A program made the translations under genes and the position numbers. The notes under the pieces are model-generated. The model was not told where the DNA came from and made no database searches. It saw nothing but the letters and a program-made list of their open reading frames with translations. This document shows positions 27,019 through 39,595 of a stretch of DNA of 64,000 nt, one piece after another; position 1 is the stretch's first letter, and each line of letters begins with the position of its first letter. Source of the stretch: Octopus sinensis. Taxonomy: Eukaryota. The stretch spans positions 69,440,001 through 69,504,000 of the forward strand of contig NC_042999.1 in assembly GCF_006345805.1 (NCBI RefSeq), read 5' to 3'.

Positions 27019-27198
27019 TATATATATATATTATCTAGTATTTATTACTGAACTGAACGACATCCATTTCCAAGTAAGTTTATTTTCGCCTTTTTGATGC
27101 GACTCTCTTCATATACTGTTTTCTTCCTTCATCCTTCTCTAATTCCTATCTTTCTCCCCCTTCCTCATTCACTGTTTTCTATTTGTCTGTCTGTCTCC

Positions 27199-27240
<42 letters not shown>

Positions 27241-28094
27241 GCTCACACATGACCATCGTTCATCTTTCTTTTCCTACACGGACGTTCAAAGGACTGGACG
27301 TTTTTTCCCCTCTCTCTTCTCTCTTTTCTCTTTTCAAAGAAAATATTTCTCCCAGTGTTCACTATTTTCCTCTCGTCTTGGTCTAACGATCATCCATGTT
27401 TATTTTCGTTCGGTTTCCTTGTATGTCTCCATTTTCATGTTTTTGTTCCCAACTTTGAACCTCCATAAATCCTAAATTTTATTTTAGAATTTATGGGAGC
27501 AACTGTCTTTGAAGACTCATATTGTCTTTGAATGCTCGAAATGAGGAGTAGATAGACAGCCGATAACTAATGAGGCGTGCTTTCTTTGTGCTTGTCCCGT
27601 TTTCCAGTTTTTTCGCATTGTTTATATATTTCCAACCGTTTGAACAGTTGGTGACGTCCTGTACCTATATATGCATATATACTCTCTTTACTCTTTTACT
27701 CTTTTACTTGTTTCAGTCATTTGACTGCGGCCATGCTGGAGCACCGCCTTTAGTCGAGCAAATCGACCCCAGGACTTATTCTTTTGTAAGCCCAGTACTT
27801 ATTCTATCGGTCTCTTTTGCCGAACCGCTAAGTGACGGGGACGTAAACACGCCAGCATCGGTTGTCAAGCAATGCTAGGGGGACAAACACAGACACACAA
27901 ACATACACACACATATATATATATACATACATATATACGACGGGCTTCTTTCAGTTTCCGTCTACCAAATCCACTCACAAGGCTTTGGTTGGCCCGAGGC
28001 TATAGTAGAAGACACTTGCCCAAGATGCCACGCAGTGGGACTGAACCCGGAACCATGTGGTTAGTAAGCAAGCTACTTACCACACAGCCACTCC

Positions 28095-28490
28095 TGTATC
28101 GCCCGGCGTTGCTCGGGTTTGTAAGGGAAATAACTATATAAGCATTTTTAGAGATGTAAAGTATAATAGCCATCTCAATATGGCTAACCACAAAGGGGGG
28201 AGGGGGTTACTGTAGCTTTTTACGTTCTGAGATTTAATAATAAATTTTTAGAGAGTTACTTCCCTTATATATGCCAAAAGTGCATTAAAAATGGGAAAAA
28301 TTGATGGTAAATTATTTTTAAAATCGTAGACTCATCGTAAACGCGCGCTAATACCCAGAAGGGCTCGATATGAATCACGACTATAAGATACCCGGATTTG
28401 GTTAAACTGCACCGCAAAATGTGGGAGTAGTTAGGAATCTAAATCGTTGGAGACAGACAGCACACAACCTTACTTTTATATATAAAGATA
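28095..28490 (+). mobile_element. Non-autonomous Helitron/DINE-1-like element
   Basis: Starts TATCGCCCGGCGTTGCTCGGG and ends ACAGACAG...CTTTTATATATAAAGAT, the layout of Lep1/DINE-1-like elements. A related end lies at about 9350-9380 on the minus strand. Confidence 0.5.
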
Positions 28491-28527
28491 TATATATACA
28501 TATATACATATACATGTATACATACAT

Positions 28528-29025
28528 ATACGAGAGACGTTCAATAAATAATGCCCCTGACCCACTTGCACTTGTTTGATCTAGCTGAAATTTTCCGTGT
28601 GCAATTATTTATATCTCTATAGATTACGTGGTAAATTACAGCTCTGAACTAATTGTGGTTCCTGATTTACAGGTATTTGAACTGAGTCAAGTGTGAAATG
28701 GAGCCTGTTAAGTGTCGAGCAGTGATCCGGTTTTTTGTATTTGAAAGGACGCACACCACGGGAGACTTTTGATGAAATGAAAGTAACTTATGGTGATGAT
28801 GTTCCATCATATGACCTTGTAAAACGCTGGCATCGAAAATTCAAACATGGTCGGAAACTCTGTGGAAACAGCTCCCAGATCTGGTCGCCCCCTTCTGTTA
28901 TTGATGAGGCATCTGTCCGTCAAGTTGAGGCTGCCATTTTGGAAGATCGACGCATAACTATTCGTCAAATAGCCCATGAGGTCAAGATTAGTACCGGGTC
29001 TGTGGAAACTATCATTCATGACCAT
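28528..29025 (+). pseudogene. 5' part of a mariner element (TIR plus HTH region of the transposase)
   Basis: Terminus TACGAGAGACGTTCAATAAATAATG. MEPVKCRAVIRF/LYLKGRTPRETFDEMKVTYGDD...WHRKFKHGR...ILEDRRITIRQIAHEVKIS, with frameshifts. Confidence 0.85.
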
Positions 29026-29029
29026 AATA

Positions 29030-29400
29030 GTTCCCTCTGTAGGTCTCCGACCATGCTGGAGCATTGCGTTAATTTGTTTCCTTTCAGTTCTGTTGCCGCT
29101 TTATGACTGGAAATCGGTCCATGGTTGAGTTTATAGCAGCTGATCTTCCCCGAGTGCATCCTTGAATGCTCGGCTGGTGTGGTATCGTCCTTAGGAGTTT
29201 GTCCAATGTTTTGTTTTTAATGCTTCAGTAGAGGTCTCTTTCATATTTCTGATTTCGTTCGGTTGGCAGTTGAACAATTGAGGGCCTCTAAATACCAGAC
29301 TGGTACAATAGTTTTCCTCCGAACCCGCGGGGAATGGATACTTCTTGGTAAGTCAGGTGCCATCCTAATCAAAACCACGCCACCAACATTTCTTACCGAA
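29030..29400 (-). pseudogene. CR1-like LINE 3' relic
   Basis: FRGPQLFN..PNEIRN...LDKLLRTIP.QPSIQG..R..AAINS, paralogous to 39290-39470. The tail contains TGCTCCAGCATGG. Confidence 0.7.
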
Positions 29401-29458
29401 GGAAGAAATACTCGGAAACGAGGAAGAGTCACGATGTGTGTGTGTGTGTGTGTGTGTG

Positions 29459-30145
29459 CAGGGCCGGCTCAAGGTACTGGCAACTCGGGCAATCATCCGT
29501 GGTGCCATGTGCTTTTTACTCTACATTTTCAGTTTTTCTCTTTGTGATAGATTTTTTAAAAATTATCCTTGTAAGGGCACCGACAACCCTTGGGCCGGCC
29601 ACGAAATTTTTTCCCACGAGAGTTCCGGATCCCAGTTATAAACTCATTTGCTTACAGCTAATCAGAGCTCAACTATCAAACTAATTTATGAGCACATAAC
29701 AAGTGATGGGCGATAAGATAAGGTCACTTAGTTAAGGAATGACCATGTTTCTTTTCTCTTTTAAGAATGCTTGTTGTTCTTATTCTTCTTTCAACCATGG
29801 CTGCCTCTGTGTAGTTATTTGTGTTGTTGTTTACTTTGTAAAACTGTTTGGGGAGAGGGTTACTAGCACATCACCCTCTACCCACATTTTCCCCATCCAC
29901 ATCTTTACCATATGGGGCCCTAACAAAATCCGATAATAGGTATAGATGTAAATCTGTTTAATTACTTGTCTCCTTCTAAAATCAGGCATAACTTGGCGAT
30001 CGGTCGTCATGAGTTTTCTTGGTGGAGTGTGCTTGTTGTCTTGACAACAAGGTCAAGGTGAGCTCTGATTGTCTGTGTGAGTAAATGAGTTCATTACTGG
30101 GGCCTGGAACACTTGTTGGGGAAAAAATTTCGCAGGCCGGCCCTG
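29459..30145. mobile_element. Non-autonomous hAT-type element
   Basis: Termini CAGGGCCGGC / GCCGGCCCTG, inserted in a (TG)n tract. No clear TSD. Confidence 0.6.
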
Positions 30146-32948
30146 TGCACGCGCGCGCACGTGTGTGTCTTCTCTTTCTCTCTTTTTAATTTAGAATACT
30201 TTTTGACTGACCACCTGCTTTGTAGCAAGATTGTGAAAGAATGTATCTTGTTTTGTACGACATCCTTTAAATCATAGGTGGGGCGGTCCAGGTGGTCGCT
30301 GGTGCCTAAGAGGAAAGGGAGGCGTTGGGAGGAAGGCGGTAAATTGGGGGACGCTATGAATTTATTATAATATTATTATTGTATTGTATACAAATTATAT
30401 AATATATTAAATATAAAATGATTCAAAGTATATATAAATTAGTAAAATATAGAATTTTTATTTATACATAAAAATAGGGGTGGGGCGCTGAGGGTCTTAG
30501 GATGGTGGCCCAAAAAGTTCGACAACCTTTGTTTTAAATCTTAAGAATGTCTTGCACATTTTTATTGTCCCAGACATCGCGATCATTTGTAGTGCATGAA
30601 TCAGGCCCGTAGCTACGGGGTGGGGGGCTATGGGGTGTTCGGCACCCCCAGTTAGAATCTCAGCCCCTCCACCCCAGTATGAGAATTTGTTTTATCCACT
30701 TTTGAAAGAAAAAGAAAACAAAAACAAAAGAAATGACAGTTACTGATTAAGAAATTGGGAGAATTGTGCAATAAGTAATAAAAAAAAAGAAAAATTAAAT
30801 ATGTGAAGTTTCAAATTCAAAACCACTGAACTTGCCAAATATTATGAAGAGATTATCTCCCTTGTAAATTCTTGATCTGCCATGCAAGCAATATCTGAAG
30901 TCGCTAAAGATGCAATAAATTGAATTTCTTTTGATTTAGTAGTTAGTGCTATGAAAATATGGATAGATTAGAGCTGTTTGTTGTAGCTGTAATTGTTGTC
31001 GCAGAATTGGCTGCTGACCCGGTCATCAACTGTGGGTTGAATTTAAGGACTGGCTGACGCTGGGTCAGTTGTTGTGGTGGTGGTGATGCTCGTGATGGCG
31101 ACGTCAGTGCTGGTGATTGTCCTTGTTGCTGTTGAAAAGTAGGTGAAGAATTGTGGCCGTAGTTAGAGATTTATGGTAGTAAACGCATCACTACACACAC
31201 ATATATATATATAATAGTGTAATGAATAAAATATATGCATACATACATACATATATGTACGTACCTACATCTAATATACATGCATATATAAATATATATA
31301 CGTGAGTACAGGACACCACAAATAGACGTAGAAATCAACGAGAAACGAAAACGTAAAAACAAGCATGGAACGGACCATTTCTTTACAACGAAAAAACAGA
31401 GTACGAGACAAACTACACAAGGAAAAAAACCCCTTCATCAGCTGTCCCTAGTTCAACTCCAGCGTGTTTCGAAGGTGAGGACAGAACACGACTCGTCGAA
31501 CTAACCCTTCCTGCGAAAGAATTAAATAAAATTACTTCGCAGAGGGGTAAAAACAAGGAAAGAAAAAAATGTGACACAAACAGGACGTAAAAACGATACA
31601 AATAAAATTACAAAATAAAATACAAAATAAAAATACAATTACAAAAAATACAAAAACAGAAATAAAAACAAACAAGAAAACAAACGAAGAGGGCCTTTTT
31701 TTGGCCTAGACGAGGAAGATTCTAAGAGCGTAAGAAAAACCGTGTTTTTACAGTTAGGAGGCCGCAGGCAAAAGGAAGTAGTCAGCCGGCTGTGAGAGAG
31801 ATGGGGAGGAGTGAGTGAGAGAGAGAGAGAGAGAGAGAGGAAGACAAGCGGCTGAGAGAGAGATGAGGAGGAGTGGGAGAGAGAGAGATAGGGAAAGAAG
31901 GGAAGGTCAGACGGACATTAAAAAGTCTAGTCAGAGAAGATTATTTATTCGCGAAAAAGGAGAGAAAATTTTTGAAATTTCCCAAAATATACTACATTCA
32001 GGAAGTATTTTACAAGTGAGAACTTTCACTGAATAATTTTTCTTACACTTTGAACAAAGTTAATACTGAAATTATTTTGTGTTTAACTAAAAAACCATAA
32101 CTTTGAAGAAATTGAAAAAAAAATTGCTTGAACCGAAATCTCTTTCGAGTTTAATTTTAAAATACATAAATTTTAAGAAATTGTTACTCAATTAATTATT
32201 GCGAATATCGGTGCCCAAAAATAATGAATCACAACCGAAAAAGAGAACTGAAGCAATCATTGCTGAATTTCCTATCAGATTCATCTAATAATGCTAAGCA
32301 GAAGAGAATTGCAAACGAAGTTTCGCAGCTCAAGGGAGGTCTTGCAAAGTCTTTGACACCCTCGTTGGACGCTCTCGGACAGGTCGACTGCCAAACCAGT
32401 GCAGCCAGTTCTAGCAAAGTTTGATACAAAAATTTATGGAAATCAGAGACGTGACTTCTCATCAAGCAGGTATACTAATCGTTTATGGTTAGAGTATTCT
32501 CTTTCAAAGAAAGCCTTGGGCATAGTTTCGGTTGTAGTAGCACAGATTTCCGTCGATTTCCGTAAAAAACTTTTATTTTTTTACATAAGTAATGAGAGCG
32601 AAAGAGACTAAGAGGAAGCGATTTTACGACGATAAGGTTTCACTTTGAAGTCGGCCTGTGTGCGTTTGATGGGGTGTGGGAGACAGACAGTATGTTGTGT
32701 AAGTGAAGTGCTTCTGTTAGTGTGTGCGAAGAGACAGAGAGAGTAATGTGTGAAAGAGAGAGATAACTGATTTTTTACTCGGTGTATGTGTATATGTATG
32801 TATGCATGTATGTGTGTGTGTGTGTATGTATCTATGTATGTGTGTGTGTTTATGTATGTATGTATGTATGTATGGCCGATTCATCGTAATTTTTTACTCG
32901 GTGTATGTGAATATGTATGTCTGCATGTATGTGTGTGTGTGTAAGTAC

Positions 32949-32980
<32 letters not shown>

Positions 32981-34588
32981 ATGTATGGCCGATTCAGTGT
33001 TTACATTATTTCGAATTAAAACGAAAGATTACCTTGTGGCGCCTGTTTATGTAACAGTCTGCTATGTAGAAAATAATGAGGTTGACTCAATGGAATAATG
33101 ACAGTGATCGAAGATATAGACAAAATTTTTTTTATTTAATCGTTATACATGCCTTGTCGACTGCTACTGTGCAGCCTTAATGTCTCTGTTGATGTGACGA
33201 TGGTGAAATGGTAAGAAAAAGATGGGAGAGTTATAAAATGAGGAGATATTTTTCTCATGAGAAAAGAGTTGCATTCAAAGGAAAAAAAAAGTTAATAGTC
33301 TATAGAGGTGCACAGAAACTGGGTGCAAGCATGCATATATATGCATGTGTAAACATTGTGTTGTGCAGCAAAAGGAACGAACAGTACAAAATGTGTAAGG
33401 AAAAGTGACAAAATCCGATTGGTAATGTTCTGTGTGAAAAGTCTATGCTGAAAAGTGAGAAAAGGTTAGTTCTCTTGGTTGGGTAGCTGTCCTAAGTGTT
33501 GCATTTATGTATGGCAACTGTTTCCCTCGTGGATCTGTGCATCGGGTTGCAGTACATGTGGAATGTAATTGGTGTGTGTCCATTGAGTCGGTGACTTCAT
33601 TCCTTTCGTGTTGTGTTGGGCGTGTGACGATGGAACTGAAAACTATGCGTCGTGAAAGTTCGTGTCCTATAATTCTTGTTGATGCGACTGGCACGGACTG
33701 TAATTGTTTTCAAGAGTTCATGCGATGCTAAAGCAGTAAGTCTTTGAAGTCGAGCTCACCAAATGTAATGGATAAGGTAACGAAGACTGCAGTTCTGTGG
33801 CTCGGGAGTCAGCAATTGTGGCAGGGTTGTTGTGTTCGAATCACGTTGTGGGTAACCAGTTGTATCGTTGTGGTTGATGTATTCTAATAACGTCTCTCTG
33901 CCGATGCTCGATGCTGACAATAGAGAATGTGAAGGTGGCATTGTCACTTCTTCGTTCTGGCCGACTGTAGAAAAAGAGGTATATCACTGTGACACCTATT
34001 GTTTTCGTGTGGTGTCTGTGTGTAGACGCGGAAAAGTTTTAAGTCAAACGGAAAACACACCAATTGACTTAGCAAAGCCATGTGATGAAGTTAACTCACG
34101 TTGCCCTCAAAGCACTACATATGTATAAGTAGCTACAGCTCGTTCTAACCATTTCTCTTATTTCTGTAAAATGAATTGTGGAAGCAAATTTCAGAGAAGA
34201 AACTGGAAATATCAACTGTGCGTGGTAGCAAATTTTTTCATGTTTGATTTTTAAAAAAAATTTGGTTCAGACTCTCAATGTAATGAATACCAAATTAAGA
34301 AGCCATTACAAAAAATAGACAAATAAAAAATTAAACATTAGACCAAATTTTGCTTGCACGGGTTATTTCCGTGAATAGAAGACAATTTTGTAAAGGTATT
34401 TTAGAATTCCGAAAATCATAAAAGTTACAAGATCCGAAAGGCGCATGGAGAAAAGAAAGGAATGCAAATTACTAAGATACAAAAAGAAGAAATTAATAAT
34501 AAATATAAAATTATACAGATTCCCATGAATTTGAGGCTAAATTAAACAACAGAACACATTTTATGAACTTCATAAAACATTTTTGAAA

Positions 34589-35506
34589 TCATACAGGATA
34601 ATACTGTCTAATACATTTTATGAAGCTCATAAAAGTATTACTGCTGTTGTAACGTCGCCAACAAAATTCATGCAGATATGTCGAAAACAGATTATCGGAC
34701 GTTCCATGCATTTTCCGATAATTGGATTTTACATGACTCCACATCCCTTCCACGGTGTTTGTGTGGATTGAGGCATCGTTGGGATCCACAAAGTTAACAC
34801 TGTGGTTCACAGTTAAATGGTTGGGTAGGCTGTTATATGCTCGCCATGAATCTGTGATAATCTTAGTTCCTGGCAATACATGGCGGGTAATAATGGGCAA
34901 CAATGTTGCTGCACTTCTGTCCTGCACAGGAACTAAGACACATCTCAGACTACTGCGCTCAATAATGCCTAAGACCCAATGGCCTTCTCGATAAGTACCA
35001 CGATGATATTTTCTGTGCATGAACTTGGATTCATCGATCTCTACAACAACATCTTCTCCTCCAAGTTGCACAGGGTGGTCAAAACACCACATGGCACAAA
35101 CATCGCGGAAGTAATTGTACCAGTTGACAATTGCCTCTCGTCCTATTTCAACTTCGCCCATCACAACTTTCTGTTTACAGTCAATTATCGCCCAGTAATA
35201 CATCAACTCGAGGATACAAGTCAATGATAGGTGTGAACCCGCGAAAAACGAGTCTCGCCTAATGCTACGATATTGCTTGCAAACAGTACACCTCCACATT
35301 TTCCCATCGGATACTGTATTGCGTGATGCAAGGTACATCTGCTCATTACAACATTCCGATGAATTGTGGATCAATCCCACAGATGCCAGGAATTGGATTG
35401 TTGAATCCGCGTAACGCATGGCATAAATGTCTCGCATATGGTGAGATCTTTGAGTTATCGCATCAACGGAAAGGACAGAGTCAACAATCCTATATCGTCC
35501 AGCCAT
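34589..35506 (-). CDS. Merlin / ISXO2-like DDE transposase, 305 aa, uninterrupted
   Basis: N-terminal Cys motif (WRCTVCKQYRSIR), VEIDES, GHWVLGIIER, IITDSWRAY, TVNHSVNFVDP and HTNTVEGMWS, matching the D-D-E pattern of the IS1595/Merlin family. Confidence 0.92.
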   Translation of the reverse strand: MAGRYRIVDSVLSVDAITQRSHHMRDIYAMRYADSTIQFLASVGLIHNSSECCNEQMYLASRNTVSDGKMWRCTVCKQYRSIRRDSFFAGSHLSLTCILELMYYWAIIDCKQKVVMGEVEIGREAIVNWYNYFRDVCAMWCFDHPVQLGGEDVVVEIDESKFMHRKYHRGTYREGHWVLGIIERSSLRCVLVPVQDRSAATLLPIITRHVLPGTKIITDSWRAYNSLPNHLTVNHSVNFVDPNDASIHTNTVEGMWSHVKSNYRKMHGTSDNLFSTYLHEFCWRRYNSSNTFMSFIKCIRQYYPV

Positions 35507-35758
35507 AGTGGGATCTTATGGAAGAGTATATGATGTAATTAATAGTAATTAAGAAAATGTACAGGAGAGTCTGTTGCCAGATATGTGTGTGTGTATGTGT
35601 GCTTGTGTGTCTGTGTGTGTGCTTGTGAGTGTGTTAGTGTGCAAAACAAAAATAAAATAAAATAAACATATTACGTTCCAAACTGTCTGTTCGTTCAATC
35701 GTGGAGAAAGACAAAGTTGTTACAGAGGTGCGTTGAAGGTATTAAGGTGATAAACAGT

Positions 35759-36094
35759 GTGGGACATTGAAATTGTAGCAGTCGTTTTGATAGTGATTCC
35801 TTGGGTTGTTCTGTTGATGACAACTGATGTGCTTGCTTATATTAAGACCCAGAAGGATAGATATATCATTGAGAACAATAAATTTAGTTGATTTAGCTTA
35901 TGGTGTACTAGAAGAGGTTAGAAAGGGTCAAGTGGTGAAGACATTATTTCGGCCTAGCTAAAGGCATCTGGAAAATGTAAAACTGCTGCCAGAGAATAAC
36001 GATTCGCGACACATTAAACAAAAAAGGTTAAAACAATATTTTTTTTTCTTTTACTTGTTTTAGTCATTAGACAGCGTCCATACTGGAGTGCTTA
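35759..36094. repeat. About 336-bp segment duplicated in inverted orientation at 40540-40875
   Basis: About 99% identity by eye (roughly 4 mismatches). No TSD. Confidence 0.9.
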
Positions 36095-36129
36095 TATATC
36101 TCACACACACATACCTTCCTTCAATTTAA

Positions 36130-36207
<78 letters not shown>

Positions 36208-36214
36208 CATACAT

Positions 36215-39200
36215 ATATGCACATCGGGGACCCTGCCACAGAGACACGAGGCAGATGGACAAACCATCAACACAAAGAAAAGGGATGGACCACGCACCAC
36301 CTGCCCCAAAGCGGAGGTACGCAGATGTTGTGCGCGCCACAAACCACCAACATGATGTTGTCGAAAGAGCAGCTGCTGAGCAACAATCTTTTTTGTGCAT
36401 GGCACAAAAGATTGTACAGCAGCTGACCTGGCTTCATCAAACCCAAGCCCGCAGGTGGGACTACCCACTATATACCAGACCACCACAGCAAACAGACACA
36501 GGATGGACACCGCCGGCAACAACGTACACCTCACCTCGATGCTCCTACTGAACATCAGAGGACTGCAAACACTCAGTAACAGGACAAAGATCCCGTTCCT
36601 GAGAGACTTTGTTGCATGCAATCAAGCCTTATGCATAGCACTTACGGAAACGCACCTGAAACCGGACATAGCAGATGCGGAGTTACATATACCACAGTAT
36701 GCTGTACTACGGACCGACAGGAAAGAAAGGAGTCATGGAGGTGTTGCTATGTACATCCGGGAGGACCTCACACCCCAGGTCCTCTTGTCATACTCAAACT
36801 CGGTGTGTGACACACTAATTGTACATATTAGGCAACTTGATGTAGTTGTGTGTGCTACATATCGCCCTCCAGATGCCCCAAGCCATGTGGGCAAGTTTGA
36901 AGATTGCCTTATAAAAATAGAAGAAATTCTAACCACATTAGAACAACACATAGGTGTGCTTCTTATGGGAGACTTCAATCTGCCCAATGTCAGATGGCCC
37001 GAGGGCCTTTCTCTCCCAGGAATGACAAGATGTGAACGAGGACAGGCGAGGTCCCTCCTGAACCTCATCAACACCCTGTACATGGAGCAGGTAATACTCC
37101 AACCAACCAGGGCAGGTAACACACTGGATCTCTGCTTCACAAATGACAAATGGATCTCATCCATAATGTGAAAGTGACACCGACACTACTCTCGGATCAC
37201 AACATGATAGAGCTGACCATGTACGGGCCAAAAGAGAGCACGGACATGCAGCCTACAGGAAACCCTCAAAATCTTTCCAGCTTGAACTACCATAAGGCAA
37301 ACTGGAAACAAATTGAGAAAGAGATCCTCAAACAAAACTGGCCTAAATGTCTCTCCTCGCCAGACATCGACGTGAAACTTCAACAATTCATGTCTGTAAT
37401 GCAAGCCATATGCTACAAATGTGTCCCAGAGAGAAAGGCCACTGTACACAAGAACAAAATCCCCAGAGAGAGGAAAATTTTAATGAGACGGCGTACGAAA
37501 TTTTCAAATCGCCTAAACAAACAGATTGAAAGCAGTGAAAAGTCCCGCCTAAAAATAAAACTGTTGGAAATCGAAAAATGTCTGCAACTCTCCCATGAAA
37601 AAGAAAGAGCAGACAAAGAAACCTGGGCTATAGAAATCATAAAATCTAACCCCAGAGCTTTCTACAGGTATGCCAAAGAAACAGCTACAGTGCACTGTAG
37701 AATAGGGCCACTCCTCGAAAAGGATGGCACACTTACAGGAAAACCAATGAGGGTAAGTGAAATACTGAATGAGCAATTCAAGAGTGTTTTCACTCCACCC
37801 CTTGGGCATCTCCAAATCACCAATCCAACTGACTTTTTTACCACTGCAGATATAAAATCAGAGGCGGCGACGATAGATTACATCGATATAAAGGAAGACG
37901 ATGTAACCAAGGCTATAGATGAAATGAAAACAGACTCAGCTACTGGCCCCGATGGATTCCCGGCAATCCTCCTAAAAGCATGTAAGAGAGTCCTAGCAAG
38001 ACCACTGCAGTTCCTCTTTCAGAGCTTCCTTGCAGCTGGCAAACTTCCAGGAAAACTGAAGGAAGGTAAAATATGCCCCATTCATAAAGGAGGTAGCAGA
38101 GCGGAAGCCAAGAACTATAGACCTATCTCTCTGACCTCACACATCAGCAAGGTCATGGAACGAATAGTCAGAAGGAAGCTGATCACCTTCCTTGAAGAGA
38201 ATGACTTGCTGCCCGACACCCAACATGGTTTCCGACCAGGGAGAAGCTGTTTAACTCAGCTCCTACAACACTATGACTGGGTGCTGAAACGGCTGCTCAA
38301 CCACTCAAATGTGGAAGTGATATATCTCGACTTTGCAAAGGCCTTTGATAAAGTCGATCATGGAATGATATGTCACAAACTGCGTGATCTCAACATAGTT
38401 GGAAAACTGGGAGAATGGCTTCATGACTTTCTGAAGGATAGAAGTCAGGTGGTAGTAGCCAATGGGGCCACCTCCATTAACACACAAATAGTGAGCGGTG
38501 TTCCGCAGGGCACTGTTCTGGGACCACTACTGTTCATAATGGCCCTCTCAGACATGCCCTCAGCCACGCAGAGAGTCACGATCACAAGTTATGCAGATGA
38601 TACAAAAGTTTCACAGGCAATACAGAACCCTGAGGACACTAAACACCTGCAATGTGAGCTGGACGAAATATACAAGTGGGCTGAAAAGAATAGCATGCAG
38701 TTCAATGCTGGAAAGTTTCAAGCTTTATACTATCAGCATGCAAAACTGAATGCAATACCCAATGAATACACTGGACCCGGAGGGATTGCAATCCCAGAGG
38801 CACAATCAGTGCGTGACCTGGGTATTCACATGAGTGATGACGTGACCTTTCATGTACATGTTGCTAAAATGACGATGAAATGTAGACGGACGGCTGGCTG
38901 GCTGGATTCTTAGAACCTTTAGAACAAGAGAACAAGAAACCATGATGGTCCTCTGGAAGACACTTGTCTTAAGCCACTTTGACTATTGCTCTCAGCTATG
39001 GTCACCATCCAGTGTCAAGTTGATCACAGAACTTGAGGCGATCCAACGAAGCTACACGAAGAAGATAGCCTCTATGCAGAATGTAAGCTACTGGGAAAGA
39101 CTCAAGAGATTAAAATTATATTCCCTGGAGCGTAGGCGGGAAAGATATGCCATAATATACATCTGGAAGCTCCTGGAGGGAAGTGTCCTGAACTTTGGCA

Positions 39201-39595
39201 TCGAGAGTTACACAAATGCCAGAACTGGGCGCCACTGCGTGGTGCCTAGGACTCCAAATTTGCCATCAAGATGTAGGACAAGATACTGTGATAGCCTGGG
39301 CTTCCGAGGCCCACAGCTCTTCAATATCCTCCCGAAGAACCTAAGAGACCTGCATGGGGTGGATGCAGATGTCTTTAAAATGAAACTGGATCTCTTCCTG
39401 TCAGGTATCCCAGATGAACCAACTTCACGGCAGGAGGTGCAGATGAGGACAGCTGCATCGAACTCTCTCATGCACCAAATGGCAGTTGCTAAAAAGCATT
39501 CGTGAAGTAAAACCATGTAGCAACACCAAATGGCGGTGCCCCAGCATGGCCTCAGCTCATGAGCTGAAACTAGAATCAATCAATCAATCAATCAA
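36215..39595 (+). mobile_element. CR1-group LINE: ORF1 C-terminus, nearly complete ORF2 (APE + RT) with two frameshifts, 3' UTR and (ATCA)n tail
   Basis: APE motifs LLLNIRGL, IALTETHL, GDFNLP and NTLDLCF (36395-37171). RT motifs NYRPISLTS, YLDFAKAFDKV, GVPQGTVLGP and YADD (37150-38913). C-terminus 38942-39505. Flanked by (TA)n on both sides. Confidence 0.92.

Noticed and set aside
31420-31520. Hammerhead on the minus strand (CTGATGAAGGGG...; CCTTCGAAAC)
   Set aside because: The CTGATGA is not followed by GAAA, and the GAAAC is not preceded by a recognisable core. Too degenerate to call.
34589-35506. Bacterial IS1595 contamination
   Set aside because: Embedded in microsatellite-containing arms, with a TSD inside a eukaryotic hAT and a nested LINE. 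This fits eukaryotic Merlin.
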